This document shows, piece after piece, positions 11,422 through 21,505 of a DNA stretch of 64,000 nt. Numbering within the stretch: the stretch's first letter is position 1; each line of letters opens with the position of its first letter. The notes beneath the pieces were generated by a model that made no database searches, was not told the DNA's origin, and saw only the letters and a list, made by a program, of their open reading frames with translations. A program made the position numbers and the translations under genes. The stretch lies in NCBI GenBank assembly GCA_963667015.2, contig CAXXJJ010000004.1, forward strand, positions 2,496,001-2,560,000. Reading direction: 5' to 3'. This DNA comes from Desulfatiglandales bacterium (GTDB lineage: Bacteria; Desulfobacterota; DSM-4660; Desulfatiglandales; HGW-15).

Positions 11422-11532
11422 TTCAAAAGTCTCCTTGTATTTTACTTAGGGGAATCAGAAATTGAAAAGATAATATATATATTTCATATATAATTTACTC
11501 TGTAAATAAATCAACAAAATATTACAGGACCA

Positions 11533-11595
11533 TCCGCCGTCGCTTGAAGCTTCGGTCTTCGCTGAAACTACGCCCCGACAAGATGGCGGGACAGG
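11533..11595 (+). repeat. Doubly nested ~31-bp palindromic mini-element
   Basis: tccgccgtcgcttgaagct[tcggtcttcgctgaaactacgccccgacaag]atggcgggacagg. Confidence 0.75.
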
Positions 11596-11924
11596 CGGAA
11601 TACACGAAAGGCGCCAAAGATAAAAATCAAAATCATTTTATTGATTTTTAAAATCCTTTTGTATCGGGTTTTAAACCTGTCTTAATAGCCGTTGTAATTG
11701 TAAACATCTATTGGCTTTTTTAAACAACATAACATTTTTTGTTTTGCTCTGTGAACTCCCTGGCCCGACTTAGTTTTATGCAACAGCGGCTGTGGACTCT
11801 GCGAGATACTTTTTTTTTATATCTTCATGTATTTCATGTGGTTCTCGGTTTCAAATCAACAAGCTTGCCAATGTGTATTTGGCTTGCTATATTTGCGTAT
11901 ATCATGGAGGGGAAAGGATACTGC

Positions 11925-12323
11925 ATGGACGATAAAAAAGATATCCGCTGGAAACAAAGATTTCAAAACTATGAAAAATCCTTTTTTCTATTAAAAAGAA
12001 CTCTGGAAATAGATAATCCTTCGGAAGCGGAAAAGGGAGGACTGATCCAGTTTTATAAAATGACCTTTGAGCTGGCATGGAAACTGTTAAAGGACTACCT
12101 GCAGGAATTGGGCTTTAACATTAATTCTCCCAGAGAAGCTATTAAGCAGGCATATCAGTCAGAAATAATAGATAATGGTCAGGAATGGATTGATGCCCTT
12201 GAAGACAGAAATCTCACAACACATACCTATGATGAAGAGACAGCCCAAAAGGTTGTTGAATCAATCAGGAACTCTTACTATCCCTTGCTGAACAGTTTGT
12301 ATGTAAAACTCAAAATTGAATGA
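11925..12323 (+). CDS. HI0074-family nucleotidyltransferase substrate-binding (HEPN) protein
   Basis: DIRWKQRF, GLIQxxxxTFELAWK, SPR and the Rx4H motif RNLTTH; start at ATG 11925. Confidence 0.9.
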   Translation: MDDKKDIRWKQRFQNYEKSFFLLKRTLEIDNPSEAEKGGLIQFYKMTFELAWKLLKDYLQELGFNINSPREAIKQAYQSEIIDNGQEWIDALEDRNLTTHTYDEETAQKVVESIRNSYYPLLNSLYVKLKIE

Positions 12324-12438
12324 AGAAACGCCTCTTCCATACTTTATAGATATTGTCCATTACGAAACAATTAAAAACAACGATCTCAGGAAGCATATAG
12401 ATAGAGTGGGTCAGATAATCTACACCAAAAATAAATAA
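12316..12438 (+). pseudogene. C-terminal remnant of the MNT (HI0073-like) nucleotidyltransferase antitoxin
   Basis: Translates LNEETPLPYFIDIVHYETIKNNDLRKHIDRVGQIIYTKNK*; the N-terminal GSRA/DxD part is absent. Confidence 0.75.
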
Positions 12439-12639
12439 TCTGTTTTAACCGCGAAATACTCGAAAGGCACAAAAGTTAAAAAGACAAAACTCCTTTTCGT
12501 TAGACTTCAAAGTAAACTGGAATTATTTTTTTATGAATCAGACGGGCTAAAAATCCGTCTCAAGGCGGGATGCCTGCCTTACCAGGGGGAAATTGGGGAT
12601 AGATGATATCCCATCAGGGAATTAAACAAGGATATAACA

Positions 12640-12987
12640 ATGGACCGAAGAAAAGAGATAATCAGAGATTATAAGGAAAATCCTCCACCTGCGGGGATAT
12701 TCAAAATTACAAATACTGCGAACGGAAAGATGCTCATAGGAAAAGGTATCAACGTTCAGGGGAAGATAAACAGCAACATGGCCCAGTTAAAGTTTGGCGG
12801 ACACAGGAACAGGGAACTGCAGGAAGACTGGAACCGTTATGGGGCAGAAAACTTTTCCAGTGAGATCCTGGATTACCTCAAAGAAGATCCCGCGCACCCG
12901 GAAAGACAGGCCGATGATCTTGATGAGCTTCTCGAATTGTGGCTGGATAAGCTCAAGCCCTATGGCGAAAAGGGTTACAATAAATAG
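12640..12987 (+). CDS. GIY-YIG nuclease family small protein
   Basis: GIFxI...LIG, HxNxxLQxDWxxYG and the F..EI pattern. Confidence 0.75.
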   Translation: MDRRKEIIRDYKENPPPAGIFKITNTANGKMLIGKGINVQGKINSNMAQLKFGGHRNRELQEDWNRYGAENFSSEILDYLKEDPAHPERQADDLDELLELWLDKLKPYGEKGYNK

Positions 12988-13070
12988 CATGGAAAAACCC
13001 CACCCATATTTAAAAAATCGGTAATCTACCCCGGATATTCTCTAAATCCACAAATAGTTTGACACTACAT

Positions 13071-13104
13071 TAGTTGCAATATACAATTATTGCACTTTCC
13101 AACT
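13071..13104 (+). promoter_or_regulatory. Putative MarR autoregulatory operator (tandem TTG-N7-CAA palindromes)
   Basis: tagttgcaatatacaatta and ttgcactttccaacta directly upstream of the MarR gene. Confidence 0.55.
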
Positions 13105-13116
13105 ACAGGGTAATTT

Positions 13117-13551
13117 ATGGATAAAAGGCAGATCGATAAATTCAGAAAAATGCTAAGACAGATTCAAAGAGAATTAATGGAATTAAACAGGAATGATGCA
13201 CAGTGCTGCGGAATCAGCCTGGCCCAGTGCCATGCCATGATAGAACTGGGGAATACGGGGATGACAACAATATCAACCCTGGCCAGTGAACTTGGGCTGG
13301 ATAAAAGCACCTTGAGCCGAACAATCGACGGTCTTGTAAAGCAGGGTTTTGTTCTGAGAAATATAAAGGATGATGACAGGCGTTTCATGACCATCGAGCT
13401 GTCAGACACAGGAGAGAAATATAATAAATTTCTGAATGAAAAATATAATATGATTTTCAAGGAAGCCTTTGATGATATACCTGCGGCAAGCCAGACACAG
13501 CTCCTGGAGGCAATGGAATTATTTATTTCGGTTTTAAAAAGAATCAAATAG
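13117..13551 (+). CDS. MarR family transcriptional regulator
   Basis: wHTH LDKSTLSRTIDGL, DDRR wing, N-terminal CCG..QCH. Confidence 0.92.
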   Translation: MDKRQIDKFRKMLRQIQRELMELNRNDAQCCGISLAQCHAMIELGNTGMTTISTLASELGLDKSTLSRTIDGLVKQGFVLRNIKDDDRRFMTIELSDTGEKYNKFLNEKYNMIFKEAFDDIPAASQTQLLEAMELFISVLKRIK

Positions 13552-13682
13552 AATAGAGAGGTATAATTCCGGATCGAAAGGTAAGAATCATTTATGCTGA
13601 CGGGAGATTATAGGAGTGTCCCCATTCTCACATTATAATCGCGCCGGATTGAGAAGAGAGAAACAGCTCCGGATTTTGTTTT

Positions 13683-14120
13683 TCAGCTGTATTTTCCCGG
13701 TCCGGTGGCAAAATGAAAAATGGGTTTGTCCACCCTTCGAACAATTAACGGGCAGTGTTCAACCTCCTTTGGAGCGAAGATTATACAGCTTTTCGTAAGG
13801 ATGTATTGCTCACCGCCTAACCAGAATTCGATTTCCCCACACAAATTATTCGGGTTATCCGTGTCCGTTCCAAAAAACGCGACCACTTCATCAAAAGGAT
13901 GGGTATGACTTTCTCCAACAAATTCCGTTGGCGTGGATTGCGGCCAATACCACGAGCTGGTCACAAAAAAACTTCCGCTAATCACATCTTCGTCCAGCCT
14001 GATCATACGGGTAACAGCGTCGTCCATATTTTTTTTCCTCTCTTCATTGCCATAAAACTTGGGACGATCAGGTTCCGGTCTAAAATCGGTTATAATGTTC
14101 TTTTCGTATTTTCCGGCCAC
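13683..14120 (-). CDS. Hypothetical cupin-like protein
   Basis: HTHPFDE ... P.xxxHCP metal-binding cupin pattern. Confidence 0.6.
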   Translation of the reverse strand: MAGKYEKNIITDFRPEPDRPKFYGNEERKKNMDDAVTRMIRLDEDVISGSFFVTSSWYWPQSTPTEFVGESHTHPFDEVVAFFGTDTDNPNNLCGEIEFWLGGEQYILTKSCIIFAPKEVEHCPLIVRRVDKPIFHFATGPGKYS

Positions 14121-14212
14121 ATTACCTCCTTATAGAGTAATTCACGGCGCTTTACAGGTTAATTAGTGTCCATCCAGAAACAAAAGGAGACACTAACAAG
14201 TTACCAATTTGT

Positions 14213-15028
14213 TTAAACAACACAGAGAAGGCCGCCATCGTGCGCGTAAATGCATCCGGTTATCTGATTACCGGCTTGAGACGAGAGAAAGACACATAAC
14301 GCCCCAATCTCGATCGGTTCTCCAAATCGATGAGCCGGCAGGTCTTTCTCAATCGTTTCGATTGAGGCTGGAGGCAAATCTTTATCCAGATCAGAATGGG
14401 TCGGGCCCGGCGCGATAACGTTGACACGAATACCGTCATCCCCTAAAACCACAGCCAGATATCGGCTGAAGATGTCCAGGCCCGCTTTAGCGGCGTTATA
14501 TGGAGCATGATGATGGTGCCGTGAATTGCTGACTCTCTGACCACCGACAGAGGAAATATTAATAATACTCCCGCCTAACCCTTTATCACGCATTTTAGGC
14601 GCGATCTGATGAATAATGTTGGCGACTCCGTGCAGGTCTGTGTTAATCACGCGGTGCCACTCATCCAATCCGTTTTCGTCTAAAAATGGCACTGTCGTTG
14701 AGACCCCGGCGTTGTTGATGAGAACATCCACATGATCAAAATGTTCATATATTGTTTTGACCGCCCTTTTGACGCTTTCCAGGTCCGCGACGTCGCACTT
14801 AATACAATTGTGTTTTCCACCATACTGACTGATTTCTTCAACCGCTTTCTGACCAGTTTGAGTGTCGCGGCAAAGGATCAGCACATTGGCCCCTGATTGG
14901 GCGAAAGCTACGGAAATACCTTTGCCGATGCCCCTGTTTCCTCCGGTAACAACAACATTTTTCCCGGATACATCAAACGCGTTGGTCATGCTGGTGATTG
15001 GATTTGTTTTTATCATAGGATTCCTCAT
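14213..15028 (-). CDS. Short-chain dehydrogenase/reductase
   Basis: TGGNRGIG, NNAG and YNAAK motifs. Confidence 0.93.
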   Translation of the reverse strand: MRNPMIKTNPITSMTNAFDVSGKNVVVTGGNRGIGKGISVAFAQSGANVLILCRDTQTGQKAVEEISQYGGKHNCIKCDVADLESVKRAVKTIYEHFDHVDVLINNAGVSTTVPFLDENGLDEWHRVINTDLHGVANIIHQIAPKMRDKGLGGSIINISSVGGQRVSNSRHHHHAPYNAAKAGLDIFSRYLAVVLGDDGIRVNVIAPGPTHSDLDKDLPPASIETIEKDLPAHRFGEPIEIGALCVFLSSQAGNQITGCIYAHDGGLLCVV

Positions 15029-15082
15029 AAGCCTTTAAATTGTTTTAGATCCAACTTCCCCTATTCCAATAATTTTCAGAAT

Positions 15083-15508
15083 TTAATTCGCACCGGGGTG
15101 TATAAACGAAGCCTTATGAAGCACTATTTTTATATGCCTTGAAAAATTCTTAAAGTCGTTGTCTGTGGTAAATATTGGGAATTTATATCTGTTGGCCATT
15201 GCGCAAATAAGAAAATCGGTATTTGAGCCCTGAACTCCTTTTGATCGGCAGATATTGAAATATTTGGCGGCTGTAACAAAATCTTCAGTCAGCACCGGAA
15301 TATCAGGAAAGCTTTCAAGAAGCTTCTGTAATTTTTTAAACTGCGATTCACTGTGTATACCGGAAAGAATCTCCTGCCTTATTGGTCCAATCATTTGAAC
15401 CTGATGTTCTTTTATCAACCTTTGAAGTTCCAGGACAGAGGCATTATGAGACGGATTTTTCCGCCTCAGGGCAAGCGACCAGATGCTGGTATCCACTATT
15501 ATTTTCAT
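15083..15508 (-). CDS. vapC: PIN-domain toxin (VapC)
   Basis: VDTS..QEIL..TDFLI..TTDNDF acidic PIN residues; overlaps the antitoxin. Confidence 0.9.
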   Translation of the reverse strand: MKIIVDTSIWSLALRRKNPSHNASVLELQRLIKEHQVQMIGPIRQEILSGIHSESQFKKLQKLLESFPDIPVLTEDFVTAAKYFNICRSKGVQGSNTDFLICAMANRYKFPIFTTDNDFKNFSRHIKIVLHKASFIHPGAN

Positions 15509-15705
15509 GGCTGTTGTCTCTGCTTTTTATAGTCATATTCAGGGTCATAATCTATTTTTCCAAAAATCGATAAAATCTTTTCCTGTTCAAGATTTTGTAT
15601 GTATTCAACAAGCGCTTTTGAGACAGCATCCTTTTTTGTTTTATGTCCTCCAAGCTTTACAGCCTTCTCAATCAGCTTGTCATCCAACTGTAAATTAGTT
15701 GCCAT
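15505..15705 (-). CDS. vapB: VapB-type antitoxin (DUF2191-like)
   Basis: MATNLQLDDKL..TKKDAV..AL; upstream inverted repeat ttacacatcagaatgtgtgaa. Confidence 0.85.
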   Translation of the reverse strand: MATNLQLDDKLIEKAVKLGGHKTKKDAVSKALVEYIQNLEQEKILSIFGKIDYDPEYDYKKQRQQP

Positions 15706-15841
15706 AATAATCACCTCCTTTTCATTTATTGCCAATTTTACACATCAGAATGTGTGAATTCAAGGTTATATTAATACAAACATGTTCATAACCTCTCCTT
15801 CCTGGTTTCATTGACCCGGCCAAATGAAAGCTGACGAGTCA

Positions 15842-15939
15842 TTAATTCTTTCGTTGAAAAATATACCTTGTGATTTCAGGTTGTTACATAAAGCCATTTT
15901 CAATAATTCGATAAAAAATGACTTACTTCTCAAGAATCA
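15842..15939 (-). mobile_element. MITE-like remnant (copy 1, inverted relative to 32063-32179)
   Basis: Reverse complement aligns over ~80 nt to 32063-32146; ends in ttacttctcaagaatc. Confidence 0.55.
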
Positions 15940-15977
15940 ATTTCCAAAGAGCTTCACTGCTTCTTTTTCGCATACCC

Positions 15978-17822
15978 TCATAAACTGACGCCCTTATAGT
16001 CTTTATTGTGAGCTTCGTAATTCTCCTTGAGATTGCCCCAGTAAGCCAGCGGTAGTTCTCCCACTTTTACCTGGTCATCCTTCAATTTAAGAGTAATGAA
16101 CTTGTTCCACTCCGGCGGGTCGTATTCCGGATAGTCGATCCTGAAGAAATTCAGGTGCCGGCTGCTTGCCCGGCGGGCCAGTGATCCATGGATAATAATC
16201 TTTGAAAAAGTAAGAATGCTCAGATCCTCCAGACTGCGCATCAACTTGTGAGGATCAAGGGCATATAACTGTGGCACCCACTTCTGCTCAATGTCGTTTA
16301 GTGCGTCCAGTCCCATATTCAGAAGCTTTTCGGTTTTGAATTCGCTGCAGTAGTACTGCATGGTCCGGGCGATTCCGGCATGCAGTTCTTTCCACTCGAT
16401 GCCGTTTTTTCTCCTGATCGGCGCATAGACGCGCTCCTTTTCAAGCGCGATTTGATTTTTTGATACAACCGGAGGATCAGCCTTAAGGGCATATTCGGCG
16501 GCTTTTCTTCCGGCATATCTTCCGGTACTCGCCGCATAACTATGGGCCAGGGGCCCATACATCTGTTCTCCGGCAGCATATAGCCCGTCCAGTGTCGTTT
16601 TTAGATTCCAGTCTACAACGACGCCGCCGCGGTGGTTCATGCTGTCGGGTGACCGAAAATGGGCTGGCGTGGCGCCCTCTATCAACGCATAGTTGGGGAG
16701 CAGATCCTTTGCCGGATCATAACCGGCCGCCTTGAATACCCTTCGCATGGCCAGTGCCGTTGACTCTTCCGTATATCCCAAATCCCAATTGATCTTTCGC
16801 CAGCCCTCCGACATAGCGGGGAAGTCCCCGTAGAAGGGTAAGGCGACCTTCCCCTCGAGTACTGCCTCACGTGTAGCCACGGCGTATGTTATGGCTTTGC
16901 CGTTGTCGTCCACCATGGGGACATTCTCGAACACGGGATCAGTCCCTCCGGAATCAATCTTGTGTTTATAGCCGGTTCCCAGCATCAAAAGCCCGGATTT
17001 CTCCATCATGGTCAGTTCGGCACCGGCTCTCCAGGCCATGACCGTGCCGTCGCCGGACGCATTACGGGATCGGAAAGTGGAAATACCCGCCAATTCCGTA
17101 TTGAAGACCCAGATAGACCCGACTCCGGCAGTGCATAGAACGGTTGCCTTGGCTTTAAAAATCATAAATTTACCGGTTCTACTATTAATACCGGTGGCAC
17201 CGACGACTCTTGCACCCTGGATACCCTTTTCATTTAGCAGGCTTGTGCCCATGATCCTGTCATAGATCTTGACCCCTAACCGCTCGCATTCCTTTTTAAG
17301 CGCGGGCTTAAATGTGGTCCCCCAAAAACGAAGAGACGCTTTATCAGGCTTATACCTGGAGGCGACGATAAGTTTGGTCTTTTCATCCCGCCCCTCCACG
17401 CCCGCATACTCATCGTCGGTATCCCTGATTTTGCCGCCCATCTTTTCTATCTCCAGAAACGCGTCGTAACTCTCCCGGCATTGTATTTCCCGTCCGATTC
17501 CACAACAGTATCCACCCATCTGATCGATCAGGTGCTGGCACCATTCATCGGGATCATGATTCGAGAAGGGACTGGTCATCGGGTTATCCCAATGGTCGCC
17601 TCCGGGCCCTCCGGCGCCGCTTCTTATGGTTGCCCCCTTTTCCATGAGCGTGACCCTGAGTCCTTTCGTTCTGGCCGCGCTTATGGCAGCCCAGCATCCG
17701 GCAATACCGCCGCCGATGACTAAAACATCCGTATCAACCACTTGTTCCTGGTCATATTGTATCGGGTATGTCCATTCAGACAATCGACCGTCGTTTTCCG
17801 CTAGTTCATGCCATGAAGTCAT
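15978..17822 (-). CDS. FAD-dependent oxidoreductase, AprA/SdhA-like flavoprotein family
   Basis: GGGIAG, IRSGAG, GDG..MA.RAGA and GLYAAGE motifs; C-terminal FRIDYP..D..W. Confidence 0.85.
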   Translation of the reverse strand: MTSWHELAENDGRLSEWTYPIQYDQEQVVDTDVLVIGGGIAGCWAAISAARTKGLRVTLMEKGATIRSGAGGPGGDHWDNPMTSPFSNHDPDEWCQHLIDQMGGYCCGIGREIQCRESYDAFLEIEKMGGKIRDTDDEYAGVEGRDEKTKLIVASRYKPDKASLRFWGTTFKPALKKECERLGVKIYDRIMGTSLLNEKGIQGARVVGATGINSRTGKFMIFKAKATVLCTAGVGSIWVFNTELAGISTFRSRNASGDGTVMAWRAGAELTMMEKSGLLMLGTGYKHKIDSGGTDPVFENVPMVDDNGKAITYAVATREAVLEGKVALPFYGDFPAMSEGWRKINWDLGYTEESTALAMRRVFKAAGYDPAKDLLPNYALIEGATPAHFRSPDSMNHRGGVVVDWNLKTTLDGLYAAGEQMYGPLAHSYAASTGRYAGRKAAEYALKADPPVVSKNQIALEKERVYAPIRRKNGIEWKELHAGIARTMQYYCSEFKTEKLLNMGLDALNDIEQKWVPQLYALDPHKLMRSLEDLSILTFSKIIIHGSLARRASSRHLNFFRIDYPEYDPPEWNKFITLKLKDDQVKVGELPLAYWGNLKENYEAHNKDYKGVSL

Positions 17823-17900
17823 TTTTTTACCCCTCCATATATTATTTAAACGAAAAATTTACTGTGGATTCAGAAATACCTGCTTTAATTTGACTATCCA

Positions 17901-18326
17901 TCAGAACCGGATGATTTCACCCGTATCCTTGCGCTTAAAGTACCCTTTCTGCTGGAGCGGCCAGTTAAACTCTATGGCCCCCTTTTCCAGCCGGGGACAC
18001 TCGTTCACACAACAACCGCAATACCAGCATTCATCAGGGTGTAAAGTAATCGGGGGTTTGCCTTTTTTGGGATTTGGAACGTACACGTCCACCTGGCACA
18101 CTTCTACACAAGTGTTACAGCCATTGCAGATTTCAGGGTTTCTAATGACCGGTCTGTTGGGCGTAGATACATTGGGAAGAATATATATTTTTTCTTTTTG
18201 ATCCGATGTTTGACCGAGGACATCGTTGTATCCATCAAGACCGACTGTGGCAGCTGCAGCTCCAACCAGGGCGCTTGCTTTAAGAAACTCACGGCGTTTC
18301 ATCTTCAAACTCTCTTTCTTTTTCAT
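17901..18326 (-). CDS. AprB-like 2x[4Fe-4S] ferredoxin with twin-arginine signal peptide
   Basis: KRREFLK Tat motif; CNGCNTCVEVC and CWYCGCCVNECP. Confidence 0.85.
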   Translation of the reverse strand: MKKKESLKMKRREFLKASALVGAAAATVGLDGYNDVLGQTSDQKEKIYILPNVSTPNRPVIRNPEICNGCNTCVEVCQVDVYVPNPKKGKPPITLHPDECWYCGCCVNECPRLEKGAIEFNWPLQQKGYFKRKDTGEIIRF

Positions 18327-18331
18327 AAGCA

Positions 18332-18407
18332 TTCCTCCTGTTTTGATATATCATTGTTCATTAATGGATTAATGATTAATAGATTAGTTTGGTCTGACCC
18401 CATTTCG
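18332..18407. repeat. 76-bp direct repeat (second copy 21576-21651)
   Basis: 72/76 identical by manual alignment. Confidence 0.85.
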
Positions 18408-19712
18408 GGATCATCCGGTTAATGAGTACGCCTGAGAGTGTAAATGATACAATCTCAATTTAAAGTATACCATATCCCGAAAGCCATAGGCCTGTCTTTT
18501 AAGGGTTTTTATTTTATTATTAATACCTTCGACTTGAGCGGAAGTAATTCGATGGAAAAAGTAGTTCAATAAACCATGGCTATGCTGCATAAGGGTTTTG
18601 GATACTTTTACTAAAGGTTTTATGCCTGATTTTTCAGCATCAGTGCACCACGCATCCAAGAACAAAGCTGCGTCAATGTAAGTGTCTTTTTCCCAAAATT
18701 GTCTCAGTTGTTCTTTCATTGTATGGGCAGTGAAAAGAGGTTCGTTGACCCGGAGCAAGTTATTAAGGCGGTCTTGCTTTTCATCACAAAGTTTTTCGTA
18801 ATTTTTCAAAAGAAGGAAGCGGGAGCCTTTTATGAGATTTGCTCCTTCTTGATCGATTTTTGCCTGTTGCTCCCGCCTCACATCCTCAATGGCATTGTTC
18901 ATTAAAGCAGAGATGTGATAGTGATCGAAAACTATTGGTACAAGGGGCAAATGCTCCTGCACTGCAGCGATATAGCTTTTACTCATGTCCATGGCAATGG
19001 CTTTTAGCTTAGGGGATCTTTTTTTTATACGTTTTAGAAAGGGTTCTATATCTTCACCTGATCGGCCTTCAACGGCATGGAGTATACGTCCTGATTTAAG
19101 ATCAACAAAGATACTCATATAATTATGACCTTTTCTAATACTGAATTCATCAATGCCCAGGTATTCTAATTTTTCCAATGGTGGTGTTTTGTAACGGCGT
19201 TTTAAGTGTTCCTTATGGATATCTTTAATCAGATCCCAACCAACACTTAGAATGCTGGCTGTTCCGGAGATAGTCATCCAGTGTAGTAGATCAATAGCAA
19301 ATTTTGCGAAACGCCTTGTATATCGTTTTTTACCCTCGGAAAAAGGGAGTTTAGGCCATCTTAGAGAGTGACAGTCTTCACAATAAAGACGCCATATCTT
19401 TAACCTTAGAAAGGTTGGCCTCGAACCTATGGGGTTCATTTTAAAATCCCTGATTTTTACACCCTTTTGTCTGCTTGTTTTATGACTTTTACACTCAGGG
19501 CAATACTCAATGGAATTTGATACTTCTGAGTTAAATATAGTAACCCCATTTTTATATTTTGTAGAAATATACTTGACTCCTTTGATTCCAAAGGCATGAT
19601 AGAGTAATGAGGTGGACATGTGGTTGATACCTCCTTTTGGTGTGGTTACCATTGGATTATCAACCTATTCCACCTCTATTTCAACTTTATGTACTCATTA
19701 ACCGGATGAACC
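18408..19712 (-). mobile_element. ISL3 family insertion sequence
   Basis: 22-bp IRs GG(A/T)TCATCCGGTTAATGAGTAC; 8-bp TSD CCATTTCG at 18400-18407 and 19713-19720. Confidence 0.93.
18411..19619 (-). CDS. ISL3 family transposase
   Basis: Zn finger CPEC/CEDC, GIDE, AMDM, FDHYH and EGINNKIK..KRQAYGFR motifs. Confidence 0.95.
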   Translation of the reverse strand: MSTSLLYHAFGIKGVKYISTKYKNGVTIFNSEVSNSIEYCPECKSHKTSRQKGVKIRDFKMNPIGSRPTFLRLKIWRLYCEDCHSLRWPKLPFSEGKKRYTRRFAKFAIDLLHWMTISGTASILSVGWDLIKDIHKEHLKRRYKTPPLEKLEYLGIDEFSIRKGHNYMSIFVDLKSGRILHAVEGRSGEDIEPFLKRIKKRSPKLKAIAMDMSKSYIAAVQEHLPLVPIVFDHYHISALMNNAIEDVRREQQAKIDQEGANLIKGSRFLLLKNYEKLCDEKQDRLNNLLRVNEPLFTAHTMKEQLRQFWEKDTYIDAALFLDAWCTDAEKSGIKPLVKVSKTLMQHSHGLLNYFFHRITSAQVEGINNKIKTLKRQAYGFRDMVYFKLRLYHLHSQAYSLTG

Positions 19713-19964
19713 CCATTTCGCCATTTCGTTTCGAATGTTATTCAAAAAGATGAACCGGAATATTTTTATAATTCATTAACAGGATTTTTTAAGGCAGAAA
19801 CAGCAGCATATTAATCTTTTAAAACGATATAATCAATTATTAGGTTTAAACTGCCAACCTTATAACCGAACAGCGGTCTTCATAAAATAAAAGAGTATAT
19901 TGACTTTTGAAATATCAGTCAGTATATTGCTGTAATTCCGGTATATCAGCGATAGGGGTGTCAT

Positions 19965-21107
19965 ATGTCCATCAATCGTTTACTTGATCTTAATGATTTA
20001 TTAAAGAAGAAATCTTTTTTTCTGTTTGGACCGAGGTCTACAGGTAAATCAACACTTGTTAAAGAACAGTTGTTGAATTCAGCAGGCATTATTGATCTTT
20101 TGGATTCCCGGCTGTTTTTGCGGCTTTCAAGCGCCCCTCACGAGATTGAAGAGATTATAGATGCCCAGGAAGCAAACCTGGTTGTTGTTGATGAAATCCA
20201 GCGTATTCCTGAACTGCTGAATGAAGTCCATCGACTGATTGAAAACAGAAAGATACGTTTTCTATTGACTGGAAGCAGTGCCAGAAAACTCAAACGAGGC
20301 AATGCAAATCTCCTGGCAGGACGGGTATGGGAAGCAAGACTTTTCCCGTTAACATGGAAAGAGATACCTGAATTTAACCTTGAAAGATACCTTCTTTATG
20401 GAGGGTTGCCATCGGTTTACCTTGGAGAATACCCTGAAGAGGAACTTGATGCATATGTAAATACCTACCTGAAAGAAGAGATAATGGCCGAAGGTTTAAT
20501 CAGGAACCTTCCACCCTTTGCACGTTTTCTCAAAACAATATCACTGGCAAACGGAGAAATTGTAAATTTTACAAAACTTGGAAATGACTGTCAGGTAGCC
20601 GCTTCTACAGTAAGAGAATACATATCACTCCTTGAAGACACCCTGGTCGGCTTTTTACTTCCTGCATGGATAGAATCAAAGAAAAGAAAAGCTGTTAAAT
20701 CAGGAAAATTTTATTTTTTTGATCCTGGAGTTACACATGCTCTTTCAGGTACACAGACTCTTGACAGAAATTCGGACCTGTATGGTAAAAGCTTTGAACA
20801 GTTTATAGGTATGGAAATCAGGGCATACCTTGGTTACAAAAGATTAAAATCATCTCTATCATACTGGAGATCAACCCATGGTCACGAAGTTGATTTTTTG
20901 ATTGGGGAAAAAATTGCAGTTGAAGTTAAGTCAAGCCAGCGTGTAACCTCCGCAGACTTTAAAGGACTGAAGGTTCTTTCTGAAGAGGAGATATTTTCTG
21001 ACTATTATTTGGTAAGCCAGGATCCGGTAGAAACAAAAAAGAACGACATTTATACAATACATTGGAAAAACTTTCTGGAAAAACTGTGGCAGGGAAAAAT
21101 AATATAA
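19965..21107 (+). CDS. AAA ATPase with C-terminal DUF4143 (restriction-endonuclease-like) domain
   Basis: GPRSTGKS, VVDEIQ, LTGSS, KFYFFDPG and EVDF..EVK motifs. Confidence 0.9.
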   Translation: MSINRLLDLNDLLKKKSFFLFGPRSTGKSTLVKEQLLNSAGIIDLLDSRLFLRLSSAPHEIEEIIDAQEANLVVVDEIQRIPELLNEVHRLIENRKIRFLLTGSSARKLKRGNANLLAGRVWEARLFPLTWKEIPEFNLERYLLYGGLPSVYLGEYPEEELDAYVNTYLKEEIMAEGLIRNLPPFARFLKTISLANGEIVNFTKLGNDCQVAASTVREYISLLEDTLVGFLLPAWIESKKRKAVKSGKFYFFDPGVTHALSGTQTLDRNSDLYGKSFEQFIGMEIRAYLGYKRLKSSLSYWRSTHGHEVDFLIGEKIAVEVKSSQRVTSADFKGLKVLSEEEIFSDYYLVSQDPVETKKNDIYTIHWKNFLEKLWQGKII

Positions 21108-21474
21108 AGAAAAACCCTGCAACTTTTCCTGAGGCACTCGTATGAAACTTCATTAAATATTACAGGACACGGATTTACACAGATGTACACGGATCTTTTA
21201 TTTTTTTATTTTTAAATCCCAAAAATCCGTGTTGATCAGTGTTCAATTCATTGCTTTTCTCAGTTTCCTTCTTGATCAATCTTGCCGTCTTTCTGGCAAG
21301 CGGCCCGGCTGACCTCTGAATTCTGACTTTTGTCTTTTTGTTTTCCCTAAAAGCATTCAGTCTTTACCCTATTAAATCCGCAAAGCGGGTTGCGAAGCAA
21401 CATTTACAGGGTGAAGTCTTTTGTTTTCCACTTATCGAAGATCCCGAGAAGTATTCGGAGAACCCTCGACCCCT

Positions 21475-21505
21475 CTTGTCCCGCCATAGCTTTAGCGACG
21501 GCGGA
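21475..21505 (-). repeat. Single ~31-bp palindromic mini-element
   Basis: Reverse complement tccgccgtcgctaaagctatggcgggacaag. Confidence 0.75.

Noticed and set aside
11739..11924. N-terminal extensions in the ORF track (also 36698-36871, 46845-46934, 48602-48631, 34645-34704)
   Set aside because: They run through repeats, operators or terminators; downstream ATGs fit RBS position and family length better
15978..18326. aprAB of dissimilatory sulfate reduction
   Set aside because: Divergent sequence, Tat signal on the small subunit and no sat/qmo context, so gene symbols were withheld
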